This document shows positions 29,381 through 38,854 of a stretch of 64,000 nucleotides of DNA, one piece after another. The position numbers were made by a program, and so were the translations under genes. The notes under the pieces are model-generated. The model saw only the letters and a program-made list of their open reading frames with translations, was not told the origin of the DNA and did no database searches. The DNA comes from Opitutia bacterium. GTDB lineage: Bacteria > Verrucomicrobiota > Verrucomicrobiia > Opitutales > Opitutaceae. The stretch lies in NCBI GenBank assembly GCA_947478395.1, contig CANJVR010000004.1:192001-256000 (forward strand). Direction: 5' to 3'. The first letter of the stretch is position 1; each line of letters opens with the position of its first letter.

Positions 29381-30862
29381 TTAGAACGTCGCCGTCACTT
29401 CCGTTTGATTTGCGGGTGACAGCGTCAGCTCACCAAGGGCTGTGCATTCTAGACTGTCGTTCTTATAGATTTTCAACGTGACGGCAGCCGTGGCGTCGGG
29501 CGTTTCCCAGCGCCATTTTCCGATTGATACAAACTGAAGCGGCACGCCTTTTTCCCAACTCAGGCCGGGCCCGGTGCCGCGAATGAAAAGACGGTTGCCG
29601 ATGCCGATGTAGGCCGTGACCAGTAGGCGGGTAGTGCCATCGGTCGTCGCAGCAGTCGACGGCGGTTCCGGGTCTTGAGTTTTGATGATGGGATTGACCG
29701 ATGGCTCTGGCGCAGGGCTGGGCAAGGGTAGCTCGTCGGGGGAAAATTGGATGAACTCGTCGGCGGGCCGCGGCGATTCTGAGTTTCGGGTTTCGATTTC
29801 CGGGGCCCGAACACGGAGGGGGGATGCTGGATTTGGTGCTTCCGGCGGAGAAGCTTCGAGGGCAGGAGCGGGCTCGAGTGCGGGCCGGGTTGCAGGTTTT
29901 TTGGGCGCCCGCTTGCGCGGTGCGGCAACCGCGACCGGTGGTTCCGGGGTTGGAGAATCAGCGAGACTGGCTGGAGCGATGAGCTCGGAACTGAGCGTAG
30001 ACGGCGTTGAATTTTCAGAACTTGGAGCGGCCGCGGGTGTGCTGATGGCGGCCCGGACCACGACGGGTGGCAGCGTTTCCTTTGGAATGACCGCGACGAT
30101 CGGTTCGGCCGGGGGCTCAGATGGGCGCGGAGCGGCGGCGAGGTCGGCGGTGGTCGCGGCCGATTTGGCGTCGAGCTCGGCGGGGAGTTTTACGCGCGTC
30201 GGTTCGAACGTGCGTTCCGCGGCGGCGAATTTCCGGTCGAGGACGGCTGCGGCGGCTGCCTGTGCTTGAGCGATGGCGGTCGTCGTGGTGGCGGCGAGTT
30301 CGGATAAATGCCGGCTCGAAGAACTAGCGAGCTGGGCGAGTGCATCCCTGGCCGTGGCGAGATGCTGGTGCGAGGCGGCCTCAAGTTTGGCGAGGTCGGC
30401 GCTGGTTTGCTCGATTTTAGCCGCGGTGGCAGCGAGACGGTCGCTTTCGGCGGCGCGGGTGTGGGCGAGCTGCGCGGTGAGCTCGCCGATTTTTTCCTGC
30501 AATTGGTGCGGCAGCTGATCGGCGGTACGGGGCTTTTTTTGGACGAGTTCGGCCATCTCGTGGAGGCCGTTGGCGGCGATGCTGATTTGTTCGGCGGAGG
30601 CGCTGACGGTCGCGCCGAGCGCCTCGAGGGCGCGCTGCCGTTCGTCGAGCGCCTCGTCCTGTTTGCGCGCGTAGTCGGTGATGAACGGAATCGTGCCGAG
30701 GATCGCGGCAAGGGCGACGCAGCTGACGACCGCGATGAGCGCGGTGCCGCCGATGGGGCGCGGTGACGACTGAATGATGAAAGCAGCCACGGCGAGGAGC
30801 AGCAAATCGCCGACAAGGAAGGGGAGCTTGGACAAACGGGGGGTTTGATCGGGACGGGGCAT
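29381..30862 (-). CDS. Hypothetical membrane protein: two TM helices, coiled coil, Pro/Ala linker, C-terminal CBM20-like beta domain
   Basis: 493-aa ORF; C-terminal TRLLVTAYIGIGNRLFIRGTGPGLSWEKGVPLQFVSIGKWRWET. Confidence 0.7.
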   Translation of the reverse strand: MPRPDQTPRLSKLPFLVGDLLLLAVAAFIIQSSPRPIGGTALIAVVSCVALAAILGTIPFITDYARKQDEALDERQRALEALGATVSASAEQISIAANGLHEMAELVQKKPRTADQLPHQLQEKIGELTAQLAHTRAAESDRLAATAAKIEQTSADLAKLEAASHQHLATARDALAQLASSSSRHLSELAATTTTAIAQAQAAAAAVLDRKFAAAERTFEPTRVKLPAELDAKSAATTADLAAAPRPSEPPAEPIVAVIPKETLPPVVVRAAISTPAAAPSSENSTPSTLSSELIAPASLADSPTPEPPVAVAAPRKRAPKKPATRPALEPAPALEASPPEAPNPASPLRVRAPEIETRNSESPRPADEFIQFSPDELPLPSPAPEPSVNPIIKTQDPEPPSTAATTDGTTRLLVTAYIGIGNRLFIRGTGPGLSWEKGVPLQFVSIGKWRWETPDATAAVTLKIYKNDSLECTALGELTLSPANQTEVTATF

Positions 30863-31008
30863 GGTGGTCGTCTCCGCGTTCGCTCAGCGCGGGGCGCGTC
30901 AAGCAGCGGCGGGAAGTTTTTGCGCGCCGGCTGGCGCTGGCTCAAGACGGAAAAGAAAGGGCGCTCCGGGATTTACCGGCCCGGCTTTTAACCGCGATCG
31001 CGGATCGT

Positions 31009-31500
31009 TTAGGATTTTCCCAATGTGGAATAAGCTCGAGCGAGAGCGGTGTGGAGGCGCTGCCATTCTACGGGATTCAGGTCGGTTTTTCTTCCCGGGG
31101 AAATCTGCCGATGGTCGGTGATGTGATCGAGCGCCCATCCGTGGAGCACCTGGCGAGGCATGATCCATTCGACGGCGGAGTCGATTTGTTGAACGCTCAG
31201 CGGCGTCGCATACGTGTCGCCGGCGAAGGCGAGGCTAAGGAGAAAATCGTTGCAGCGACTGCGTCCGAGGAACGTGGAGTCGCCGGCGTGCCAAGCGATT
31301 TGATCATCGGGCACGAGCGTGCAGCGGGAGCCGTTGGGCGCGATGAGGCAGTGATAGCTCACCTTGTTGGCGAACGAGAGCATGTGCGCAATGGTCGCAT
31401 CAAATGCCATCGCGCTGTGATGGCAGCAAACGCCGGCGCGTTCATGGGTCGGAGCGAGATCGCGGTTCGGCGACAGCTGGGTGAATTCGGGGAAGGGCAC
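31009..31500 (-). CDS. N-acetylmuramoyl-L-alanine amidase (Amidase_2/AmpD-like)
   Basis: SPN, CHHS, VSYHCLI, AWHAG, CNDF, DHRQISPGRKTD. The GTG start at 31500 is inferred. Confidence 0.85.
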   Translation of the reverse strand: MPFPEFTQLSPNRDLAPTHERAGVCCHHSAMAFDATIAHMLSFANKVSYHCLIAPNGSRCTLVPDDQIAWHAGDSTFLGRSRCNDFLLSLAFAGDTYATPLSVQQIDSAVEWIMPRQVLHGWALDHITDHRQISPGRKTDLNPVEWQRLHTALARAYSTLGKS

Positions 31501-31523
31501 GGGTGAGTTGGCTGCCGAGAATT

Positions 31524-31892
31524 TCAGAGACGGCGCCAGGCGGCGACGCACAGCCAGCCGAGGAATACGAGGTGGAGGGCGCCTTGGAAGGTGAGAATCA
31601 CGAACACCCGTTGCAGGCGGCAATTGCGGCGCGGTGCGAAGCCGAAAATGAAGCGAGCGAGCAAGCCCACACGGTGAAAACAGACTAAGGGAAGCGTGAG
31701 CAGACTGAGCGTCCAAAGCGAGTAGACGAAAAGAAGGCCGCTCCAAAAAAACGCGGTGATTTCGCCGAGCCCGTGTTCGCGCGAATCCGTGACCAGGGCG
31801 ATTGGTTTGATGCCGACGTAGCGTTCACTGATCACGAACGGCCTGATCTCGAAAATGAAGAACAGCGGAGCGAGCAGCGTGAGAGCCAACAT
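31524..31892 (-). CDS. Hypothetical small membrane protein
   Basis: Hydrophobic 122-aa ORF filling the gap; no recognised motif. Confidence 0.3.
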   Translation of the reverse strand: MLALTLLAPLFFIFEIRPFVISERYVGIKPIALVTDSREHGLGEITAFFWSGLLFVYSLWTLSLLTLPLVCFHRVGLLARFIFGFAPRRNCRLQRVFVILTFQGALHLVFLGWLCVAAWRRL

Positions 31893-32260
31893 GGCGGAGA
31901 AAGGGATTTGGGGTTTCGGCGAACCAAGACAAATTCAAATCGCCGGCGCACGGCATCGCCCATGGGTCGTTGGTGGCTTTGGAAGCAAGCGACAGACGGA
32001 GCCGTCGTGAAGGACCGGCGCGTGGACGGCTTTGGAGCGGCTCAATTTTTCCCTGGGCTATTTCGGATAGCGGCAGACGTCTCGGCCTGTCGGGTTCGGC
32101 GTCGCCATTTAAGCAGTTAGGTAAATCGGCCGCTACGTCGTTAGCGGCCACGCTTTTGAACAAACTGGTCCGTATTTTACGCACCGCGTCCGACGAAGGC
32201 CGGTTCCAGGGGGATCCCGGGCCGTACACGGGGCGCAGAGCCAAGCCTTCATTTGGGCAC

Positions 32261-32294
32261 AAAAAAACGCCGACCGAGCAAGCTCGGTCGGCGT
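32261..32294 (-). terminator. Rho-independent terminator of the TonB receptor gene
   Basis: AAAAAAA-CGCCGACCGAGC-AA-GCTCGGTCGGCG; the U-tract is on the minus strand. Confidence 0.85.
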
Positions 32295-32320
32295 GAGGTT
32301 GGTTAAAGAACCGATAGGGT

Positions 32321-34780
32321 TTAGAACTTGTAGGTGACGGAGCCGCGGAAGGTGCGGGGATCGCCTTCGACGGCAGCGGTGCGACTACCGCCGGCGAGAA
32401 TGTAGTCCTTGTTGAACGCGTTCGCGATTTGGGCCCGTGCGGTCCAATTTTTCATGCGATAGGTGAAGCCGACATTGGCCAACGTACGGCCATTGTATTT
32501 GTAGGTCGCCTGTTGGTTGACGAAGCCATTCCCGGCGACTCCGGCGAGAGGTTTCGTGCTGGTGAGGGCGCTGACGCTCTCGCCGACCATGTCGCTCTTG
32601 TAGTCGACGCCGACGTTAAAGCCGAAGCCCTTCAACGCGCCGTCCGTGAAACGATAATCCACGTAGATGGCGGCGATGTTATCGGGTACGGCGCGAATGC
32701 GAACGCCCGTCGGCTGGCGGTATTTGAACTTAGAGGCGTTGCCGATGATGCTGAGGTTTTGATTTACCGCGTAGCTGCCTTCGATTTCCCAGCCCTTCGA
32801 AGTCACATCGAGATAAGTGCTGGTCGAGAGGAGGTTGGCCGCGGCCTGATTACCCTGCGAAACCAACGTGTAATATTCGCTGTTCGGAACCGCGTAGTTC
32901 GTCTGCGAGATATTAAAGTGCGCAATGGACAACGTGAGCGTGTCCTTCAGGAAGGACGTCTTCACGCCGTATTCGTCCTGCGTGCCGTTGGTCGCCTTGA
33001 AGGGCGGCAAGAGGCCGGAATTACCCGCCTGCAACGAGCCGGGCATCGTTTCACCCGAGCTATTGCGGCTGTAGAATACGCCCACCTCTTTGATCGGCTT
33101 GAGTACGATGCCGTAGCTGGTGGCATTCGTGCTGATATTGAACGCCGGGACGTTGATCACCTGGGCTGCGCCGGTGGAATCAACGCGGCTTACCGTCGCG
33201 ATCGGCTGGACGCCGCTGCTGTCGGTGCGGGTAAGCTGGCCGAAATAGCGCGATGCGCCGCCCGAGATCAGCAAACGATCCTGCAGGAAGCTCAACGTTT
33301 CATAGACGTAGAACTGCATCTCTTCCAATTTGGCGGTCTTGTTCTGACCGCTGGCGGGACGCGCTGGCTCGACGTAGGCATACGGAATATAGGTAATCGC
33401 ATTCAGATTCGTGTTTAGTACGTCTGGTCCTTGCGACTGACCGACGAAGCTCCGCCATTTTGTCTTGGAGAAATTCGCGGCGAGGCCGGCGATGGTGGTC
33501 GATTTGAAAAGCTCGTTGTCGAACTTTCCGGCGTAGTCATCGCGGAGATGAACCTCGTTGTAATAGAGATGATCGCTGCCGTTGATGCGCCGGAAGACAT
33601 ACGTGCTTGGATCGGGGAGAGGGACGAGCTTCGAAGTCGCGATCGCCGTCGGGCCGGAATTGTCCACGGCCCATACCACGCCCGGCTCATATTTGCCGGT
33701 GTAGGGATTGCGGGTGGGATTGAACGCCACCAGCGAGCCCGTCACGGGATCGGGCGTGAAGATCGCGGCGCTGGTGCCGCCTTGGTCTTCGCGGGAGATA
33801 TGGTCACCCGACAGCATCAAGCGGGAGGTGATGTGCTCGCTGAGCGTCGAGAGGATTTCCAAGGTCACCCGATCCGTACGGCGATGGCGAAAATCGTTGT
33901 CGCTGCCGAAGGACCAGTTCCGGGGCAGTCCCTTGGCGATGACGGCGTAGCCGTCGCTGCCAACGCTCGGATCAATCGGAACGCCGAGGCCCGCGATTTC
34001 CCGATTTTGGACAAACTCGCCCTTGAGCACGACCTTGGTGGTCGGGGAAAGCTGCCAGCTCACCGACGGGGCAAACTCGTAGCCGCGACGGAAACTATTC
34101 TTCTGGTAACCGTGGCTGTCCCAATAGGCCGCGACCATGCGGACCGCGACGCCTTTATTGGCCGAAATGACGCGATTGATGTCGGTGCTGATTGCATTTC
34201 CGAAGTACTCCGAAACCTCGAGCGTGGCTGACTGCTGATTTTTCATGATCGGCGACTTCGTGATCGGGTTGAACTGGCCGCCAGGAGCGCCGCCGGGGAC
34301 GAGAATGGCGTTCGGACCTTTGATGATTTCGACGCGGTCGATGTTATAGGGCGCGATCGACATGCTGTAACCGTCTTCACCGGAGATCACCATGCCGTCG
34401 ATGAACTCGTGGGAGACCTGAAAACCGCGGATCGTATAGCGGTCGCCACCGACGGGGAGCGTGGATTCCACGACCGGCGTGATGTATTTGGCCGCATCGA
34501 GCATGCGCTGGCTCATCGAGTCTTCGATGAACGCGCTGGTCACGATGGAGACCGTCTGGGGAATATCTTGAATCGCCATCGCGACGCGCGTGCCGGAAAG
34601 CGCCTGCTTGGAGACGTAGGGATTCGCCGGATCTTCTTTGATGGTGAATTCGGGCAGCCGAATCGTGTCTTTGGAGGAATCGGCGGCTTGGCCGAAGGCG
34701 GACGCGACACTCAAGGTGAGCATCGCCGCGAGCGTGCACGAAAGCGTGCGACAGGTCAGGGTTGGTAGTTTACGGTTCAT
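32321..34780 (-). CDS. TonB-dependent receptor (siderophore-receptor-like plug)
   Basis: Signal peptide; SGTRVAMAIQDIPQTVSIV, YTIRGF, IDRVEIIKGPNAIL; ends PRTFRGSVTYKF. Confidence 0.92.
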   Translation of the reverse strand: MNRKLPTLTCRTLSCTLAAMLTLSVASAFGQAADSSKDTIRLPEFTIKEDPANPYVSKQALSGTRVAMAIQDIPQTVSIVTSAFIEDSMSQRMLDAAKYITPVVESTLPVGGDRYTIRGFQVSHEFIDGMVISGEDGYSMSIAPYNIDRVEIIKGPNAILVPGGAPGGQFNPITKSPIMKNQQSATLEVSEYFGNAISTDINRVISANKGVAVRMVAAYWDSHGYQKNSFRRGYEFAPSVSWQLSPTTKVVLKGEFVQNREIAGLGVPIDPSVGSDGYAVIAKGLPRNWSFGSDNDFRHRRTDRVTLEILSTLSEHITSRLMLSGDHISREDQGGTSAAIFTPDPVTGSLVAFNPTRNPYTGKYEPGVVWAVDNSGPTAIATSKLVPLPDPSTYVFRRINGSDHLYYNEVHLRDDYAGKFDNELFKSTTIAGLAANFSKTKWRSFVGQSQGPDVLNTNLNAITYIPYAYVEPARPASGQNKTAKLEEMQFYVYETLSFLQDRLLISGGASRYFGQLTRTDSSGVQPIATVSRVDSTGAAQVINVPAFNISTNATSYGIVLKPIKEVGVFYSRNSSGETMPGSLQAGNSGLLPPFKATNGTQDEYGVKTSFLKDTLTLSIAHFNISQTNYAVPNSEYYTLVSQGNQAAANLLSTSTYLDVTSKGWEIEGSYAVNQNLSIIGNASKFKYRQPTGVRIRAVPDNIAAIYVDYRFTDGALKGFGFNVGVDYKSDMVGESVSALTSTKPLAGVAGNGFVNQQATYKYNGRTLANVGFTYRMKNWTARAQIANAFNKDYILAGGSRTAAVEGDPRTFRGSVTYKF

Positions 34781-35360
34781 AGGTTTTGGTTTCAGACAAA
34801 GAATCACACGTGACCCTCAAGACAGACGTGAAGTGCCACGAACTTTTCAGGGGTTGGGAGAACTCGTCGCCCGGAATCAATCCAGCCACGTTACCAAATA
34901 GCGGACGGTTCGAATACCGGTGCCGTCCGACGGGTGGAGCGAAGGTCTTTGCCGCAACAATATCGGCACCGCGATTGCGCGGTTCGCAGGGTCGCCGGTC
35001 CGGTCTGCACGACCGTCCGCTTCTTCTAGGAATTTCTCCGTTGGCTGCGCGCTGAGAGGCAAAGCCACGACTGGCGCCGCAGCGCTTTCGGCTACAACGC
35101 GGTCCAGCCGCGATACAAACACCAACCAGATGGAGAGGGCTTGATGATGTCCGAGCGGGGGAGAAAATGAGGGCCGAAGAAAAGCTTTAGCCCAAAACAT
35201 TTACACCTGCATCAAGCCAAGACGTAGGCCACAGAGGTCACGGAGCCCGGCCCCAGAGTTCAAAAGAGGAGGACAGCAGGGCTGCCTCCAGTGAACTCCA
35301 GGTCCGAGCTCAGTGCGCTCAGCGGCGAAAATTTTCCACGAAACGGGTGGAAAATTTTGG

Positions 35361-36944
35361 TCAGGCGCCGACGTCACGCTGGGTCCAAGCGCCGTCGATC
35401 AGACGCCACATTTTCCCATTCGGATTTTTGTCGCGCAGCGCAGCCGGGAGGCGCGTGGCGCGGACATTGTCGTAGCACTGCAAAACGCCGAAGCGGCGCA
35501 ACGCTGCCGGAATGCCGACGGCGGTGAAACCCGGATGGCCGGTCGAGGGGTAAGGACCGCCGTGATTCATCGCCGCGCTGACCGCGACCCCCGTGGGCAT
35601 CTTGTCGTTGAGCAAACGGCCGCAACGTTCGCGCAGGAGCGGCTCGAGTTTCGCGTAGAGCGCGTCGTCGGAGCCGGCGGTGTCGGAATAAACACACGCC
35701 GTGAGATTGCCCTCGAGATGCGTGAGGACCTCGGCGGCTTGCGCGGCGTCGCGCACCGTCACGACGAGCGAGGCGTTGCCGAACGCCTCGGTCTGAAGCT
35801 TCGCCGGCGCGGCGAGAAATTCTGCGCCGGACACGCGCAGCAGGGTGTTATTGAAACGACAACCGGGCGCGGCCACGGGCGTGCCACCGGTGACAACCTG
35901 GGCGCCGGCGGACGTCAGCGTCTGCACGCTTGCGGCGAGCGAGCGCGCCACAGCGGAAGACAGCAAAGGCGCGACGGGCGCGGCTTGAAGCCGGGCGGCC
36001 GCGGTCTGGATGAATTGTTCGGCGGCGTCGCCGGCGATCAGGACGATCAAACTCGGGCTCGTGCAGAACTGGCCGGAGCCCATCAAGGCGCTGCCGGCAA
36101 ATTCTTCCGCCAGTTTCACGCCGCGCTCGGCGAGGGCGCCGGGGAGAATCACGACGGGGTTCACACTGGAGAGCTCCAGATAGATCGGCTTGCCAGTGGC
36201 GTCGGCGGCGGCCTTGAGCTTCAAGCCCGCGTGACGGCTGCCGGTGTAGCCGGTCGCGCCCGTGCGGACATCGGACACGAGGCGTTCGCCGTCGGCGTGG
36301 CCGGTGCGATAAATCAGCTGCACAGTCGCCGGGTGCAGGCCGGCTTCGCCGACGGCGGCGAACGCTTCCTCGGCCAGCACGCGCGTGACGCCGGGGTGGG
36401 AGGAGTTGGCTTTGGCGATGACGGGATTCCCCGCGGCGATCGCCGCGACGAAGTCGCCGCCGGCGACGCTGTTGAAAGCGAAGGGGAAATTATTCGGTCC
36501 GAAAACCCACACCGGCCCGATGGCCGCGAGGGTCGAGCGGATATTCAGTTTGGCATCGATGGTCGGCAGTGCCCACGAGCCTTCGAGCACGGCGGCGGCG
36601 CCTTGACGGAGCTGTCCGGTCGTGCGGGGGAACTCGACGTCGCCGAGGCGCGGAGCCTTGGGCAGGCCGCTTTCGGCGTGAGCCAGGTCGACGAGTTCGG
36701 CTTTGCGAGCCTCCATCCGCTCGGCGAAGCGGGTGAGGAAGTGGGCGATTTTTTCCGGCGCGGTGGTGCGCAGGGCGACGGCGGCGGCCGTCGCGGCGGT
36801 GAGCGCGGCATCGCAATCCGCCCAGGCGCTGATGGGATATTCGCCGGAGATCGGCTCGCCCGTGGCGGGATTTTCAGAATGAAAACTACCGGTCGATTGG
36901 GCGGGGCGCCACTGGCCGGCGATCAGGATGGGATGAAGAGACAT
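35361..36944 (-). CDS. NADP-dependent aldehyde dehydrogenase (2-ketoglutarate semialdehyde dehydrogenase-like)
   Basis: FGPNNFPFAF, GYTGS, ELSSVNP, GSGQFCTSP, EAFG, PTGVAVSAAMNHGGPYPST. Confidence 0.9.
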   Translation of the reverse strand: MSLHPILIAGQWRPAQSTGSFHSENPATGEPISGEYPISAWADCDAALTAATAAAVALRTTAPEKIAHFLTRFAERMEARKAELVDLAHAESGLPKAPRLGDVEFPRTTGQLRQGAAAVLEGSWALPTIDAKLNIRSTLAAIGPVWVFGPNNFPFAFNSVAGGDFVAAIAAGNPVIAKANSSHPGVTRVLAEEAFAAVGEAGLHPATVQLIYRTGHADGERLVSDVRTGATGYTGSRHAGLKLKAAADATGKPIYLELSSVNPVVILPGALAERGVKLAEEFAGSALMGSGQFCTSPSLIVLIAGDAAEQFIQTAAARLQAAPVAPLLSSAVARSLAASVQTLTSAGAQVVTGGTPVAAPGCRFNNTLLRVSGAEFLAAPAKLQTEAFGNASLVVTVRDAAQAAEVLTHLEGNLTACVYSDTAGSDDALYAKLEPLLRERCGRLLNDKMPTGVAVSAAMNHGGPYPSTGHPGFTAVGIPAALRRFGVLQCYDNVRATRLPAALRDKNPNGKMWRLIDGAWTQRDVGA

Positions 36945-36954
36945 AAGAATGAGC

Positions 36955-37839
36955 CTAGCGGATTCGAAACGGTTCGACAACAGCGGAGACATCTTTTTCT
37001 GCGTAGCCGGCGTCGATCGCGCGCTGAAAGACCGTGAGCGCGGCGGTCGCGGTGGCGAGATCGACGGAGAGACGCGCGGCTTCGGCGTGCGCGTAAGCAA
37101 GGTCCTTGGCCATGAGCCGGAGCAGGAAATTGGGCTCGTAGGTTTGCGCCGTCATCCGGCCGGAAAAAGTTTTCACCAATGGACTGCCGGGCGCGCCGAG
37201 ACAGAGGAGCTCGAGCGCCTTGGTGCGGTCGAGTCCGCCGTGTTCGATCATGGCGATGGCTTCGGCGATCGACGCGGCCTGCACGCCGCAGACAAAATTA
37301 TTGATGAGCTTGAGCAACGCGCCGCTGCCGGTCGGACCGACGTGGTGGATGGCGCGGCTCATCACGGCCAACGCGGGGCGGATTTTTTCGAGCGCCGGGG
37401 CCGAGCCGCCGGCGAGGAAGGAAAGTTCGCCCGCTGCCGCCTGGGGTTTGCTGCCGGTGACGGGTGCGTCGATGAGCTCGCAACCGTGCGCGGTGGCGGC
37501 CGCGGCGAGTTCCTTGATCCAGCTGACGCTGACCGTGCTGCAGTCGACCAATACGGTGCCGGGCGCGGCGGCGGCGAGCGCGCCGTTTTCCCCCAGCCAG
37601 AGGGCGCGGGAGGCGTGGTCGTCGGCCACCATGCAGAAAACGATCGCGGCCTGAGCGGCGGCCTCGGCCGGTGAAGTTGCCACAGTTGCGCCCGCGGTCG
37701 CGAGAGACTCGGCTTTGTCGCGATTGCGATTGTAGACGGTGAGCGGAAAGCCCGCGCCGAGCAGACGTCGGGCCATGCCGATGCCCATGATGCCGAGGCC
37801 GAGAAAGGCGACGCGAGGTAGCGAGGGAGTGGAGGTCAT
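36955..37839 (-). CDS. NAD(P)-dependent beta-hydroxyacid dehydrogenase (3-hydroxyisobutyrate/tartronate semialdehyde reductase family)
   Basis: FLGLGIMG, YNR, DAPVTGS, KLINN, LMAKDL. Confidence 0.9.
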   Translation of the reverse strand: MTSTPSLPRVAFLGLGIMGIGMARRLLGAGFPLTVYNRNRDKAESLATAGATVATSPAEAAAQAAIVFCMVADDHASRALWLGENGALAAAAPGTVLVDCSTVSVSWIKELAAAATAHGCELIDAPVTGSKPQAAAGELSFLAGGSAPALEKIRPALAVMSRAIHHVGPTGSGALLKLINNFVCGVQAASIAEAIAMIEHGGLDRTKALELLCLGAPGSPLVKTFSGRMTAQTYEPNFLLRLMAKDLAYAHAEAARLSVDLATATAALTVFQRAIDAGYAEKDVSAVVEPFRIR

Positions 37840-38837
37840 GTGAGGGCGCGAACGACGATGGGCGTGTCCGCGGCGGACGAAACGCGCAGCGGATTGCGCA
37901 GGGCGCGGCCAAAATCCTTAAACTCGACGATCATGGTATCGCCGTCGGCGAGCTCCACGCCTTCGCCAAAACTCAGCGCGCACGCACCATAATAGTGGAC
38001 GTGCAGATCGCCGGGCCGGCGGTGGGTTTCGAATTTGAAATGATGGTGCTCCATGTTGGCCAAGCTGTGGCACATCTCGGCCTCGCCGGTGGCGATCTCT
38101 TTTTTCCAGAGGGTGCGGCCCGCCCGCTCGATGGTCACGGTGCCGGGCACGGAGTCGAAGGCCGGATCGATCACCAGTTCGGGTCCGATGGAACAGGTGC
38201 GGATCTTGGAACCGGCGAGATTGAGGTAATTTTTCTTCTCGAATTTGTGATCCGAGAATTCGTTGGCGTTGGTCATGCCGATGCGGCGGGGCTGGCCGGC
38301 GTCGTCGATGAGGTAAACGCCCGCGACCTCGGCTTCTTCGCCGCCGTCGTTCGCGTAAGGCGGCACGTCGAGGGCTTCGCCCGGCGCGCGCAAGATGGTC
38401 CCGCTGCCCTTGTAAAACCACTCGGGCGCGTTGCCGACTTGGCCGCGCGCGGGTCGGCCGCCTTCGAGGCCCCAGCGAAACATTTTCATGCTGTCCGTGA
38501 GTTCGGCGTCGCTCTTCTCGTGCATGGCGGCGCGATTTTTCGCGCTGCCGAGGTGGGTGAGCCCTGTGCCCGAAACGAGACACCGCGCCGGATCCAGGGG
38601 ATGATCGATCGGCGCAAGCAACCGCCAATCGCACGTCCCCGCGTAGATCGCGTCGTACACCAGCGTTTCCCCGCTGAGCTTGGAATTAATGAAGGCGACC
38701 AGCGATTGGTTCGCGGCGATCGCCGCGGTCGCGAGCGCATGGATGGAGGTGAATTCGTCGAGCAGCAGGAGGCGCGGCTCGGCGACGAGCGCGACGCATC
38801 GTTCTTCGCCGTTTTGGAGTTGGACTAGGCGGGTCAT
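37836..38837 (-). CDS. AraD1/GguC-like fumarylacetoacetate-hydrolase-family protein (probable 2-keto-3-deoxypentonate dehydratase)
   Basis: VSGTGLTHLGSA, TDSMKMFRWGLEGG, PEWFYKG, DGGEEAE, NEFSDH, NYLNLAGSK, HHHFK. Confidence 0.85.
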   Translation of the reverse strand: MTRLVQLQNGEERCVALVAEPRLLLLDEFTSIHALATAAIAANQSLVAFINSKLSGETLVYDAIYAGTCDWRLLAPIDHPLDPARCLVSGTGLTHLGSAKNRAAMHEKSDAELTDSMKMFRWGLEGGRPARGQVGNAPEWFYKGSGTILRAPGEALDVPPYANDGGEEAEVAGVYLIDDAGQPRRIGMTNANEFSDHKFEKKNYLNLAGSKIRTCSIGPELVIDPAFDSVPGTVTIERAGRTLWKKEIATGEAEMCHSLANMEHHHFKFETHRRPGDLHVHYYGACALSFGEGVELADGDTMIVEFKDFGRALRNPLRVSSAADTPIVVRALT

Positions 38838-38854
38838 GAGCGGGAGTACGACGG

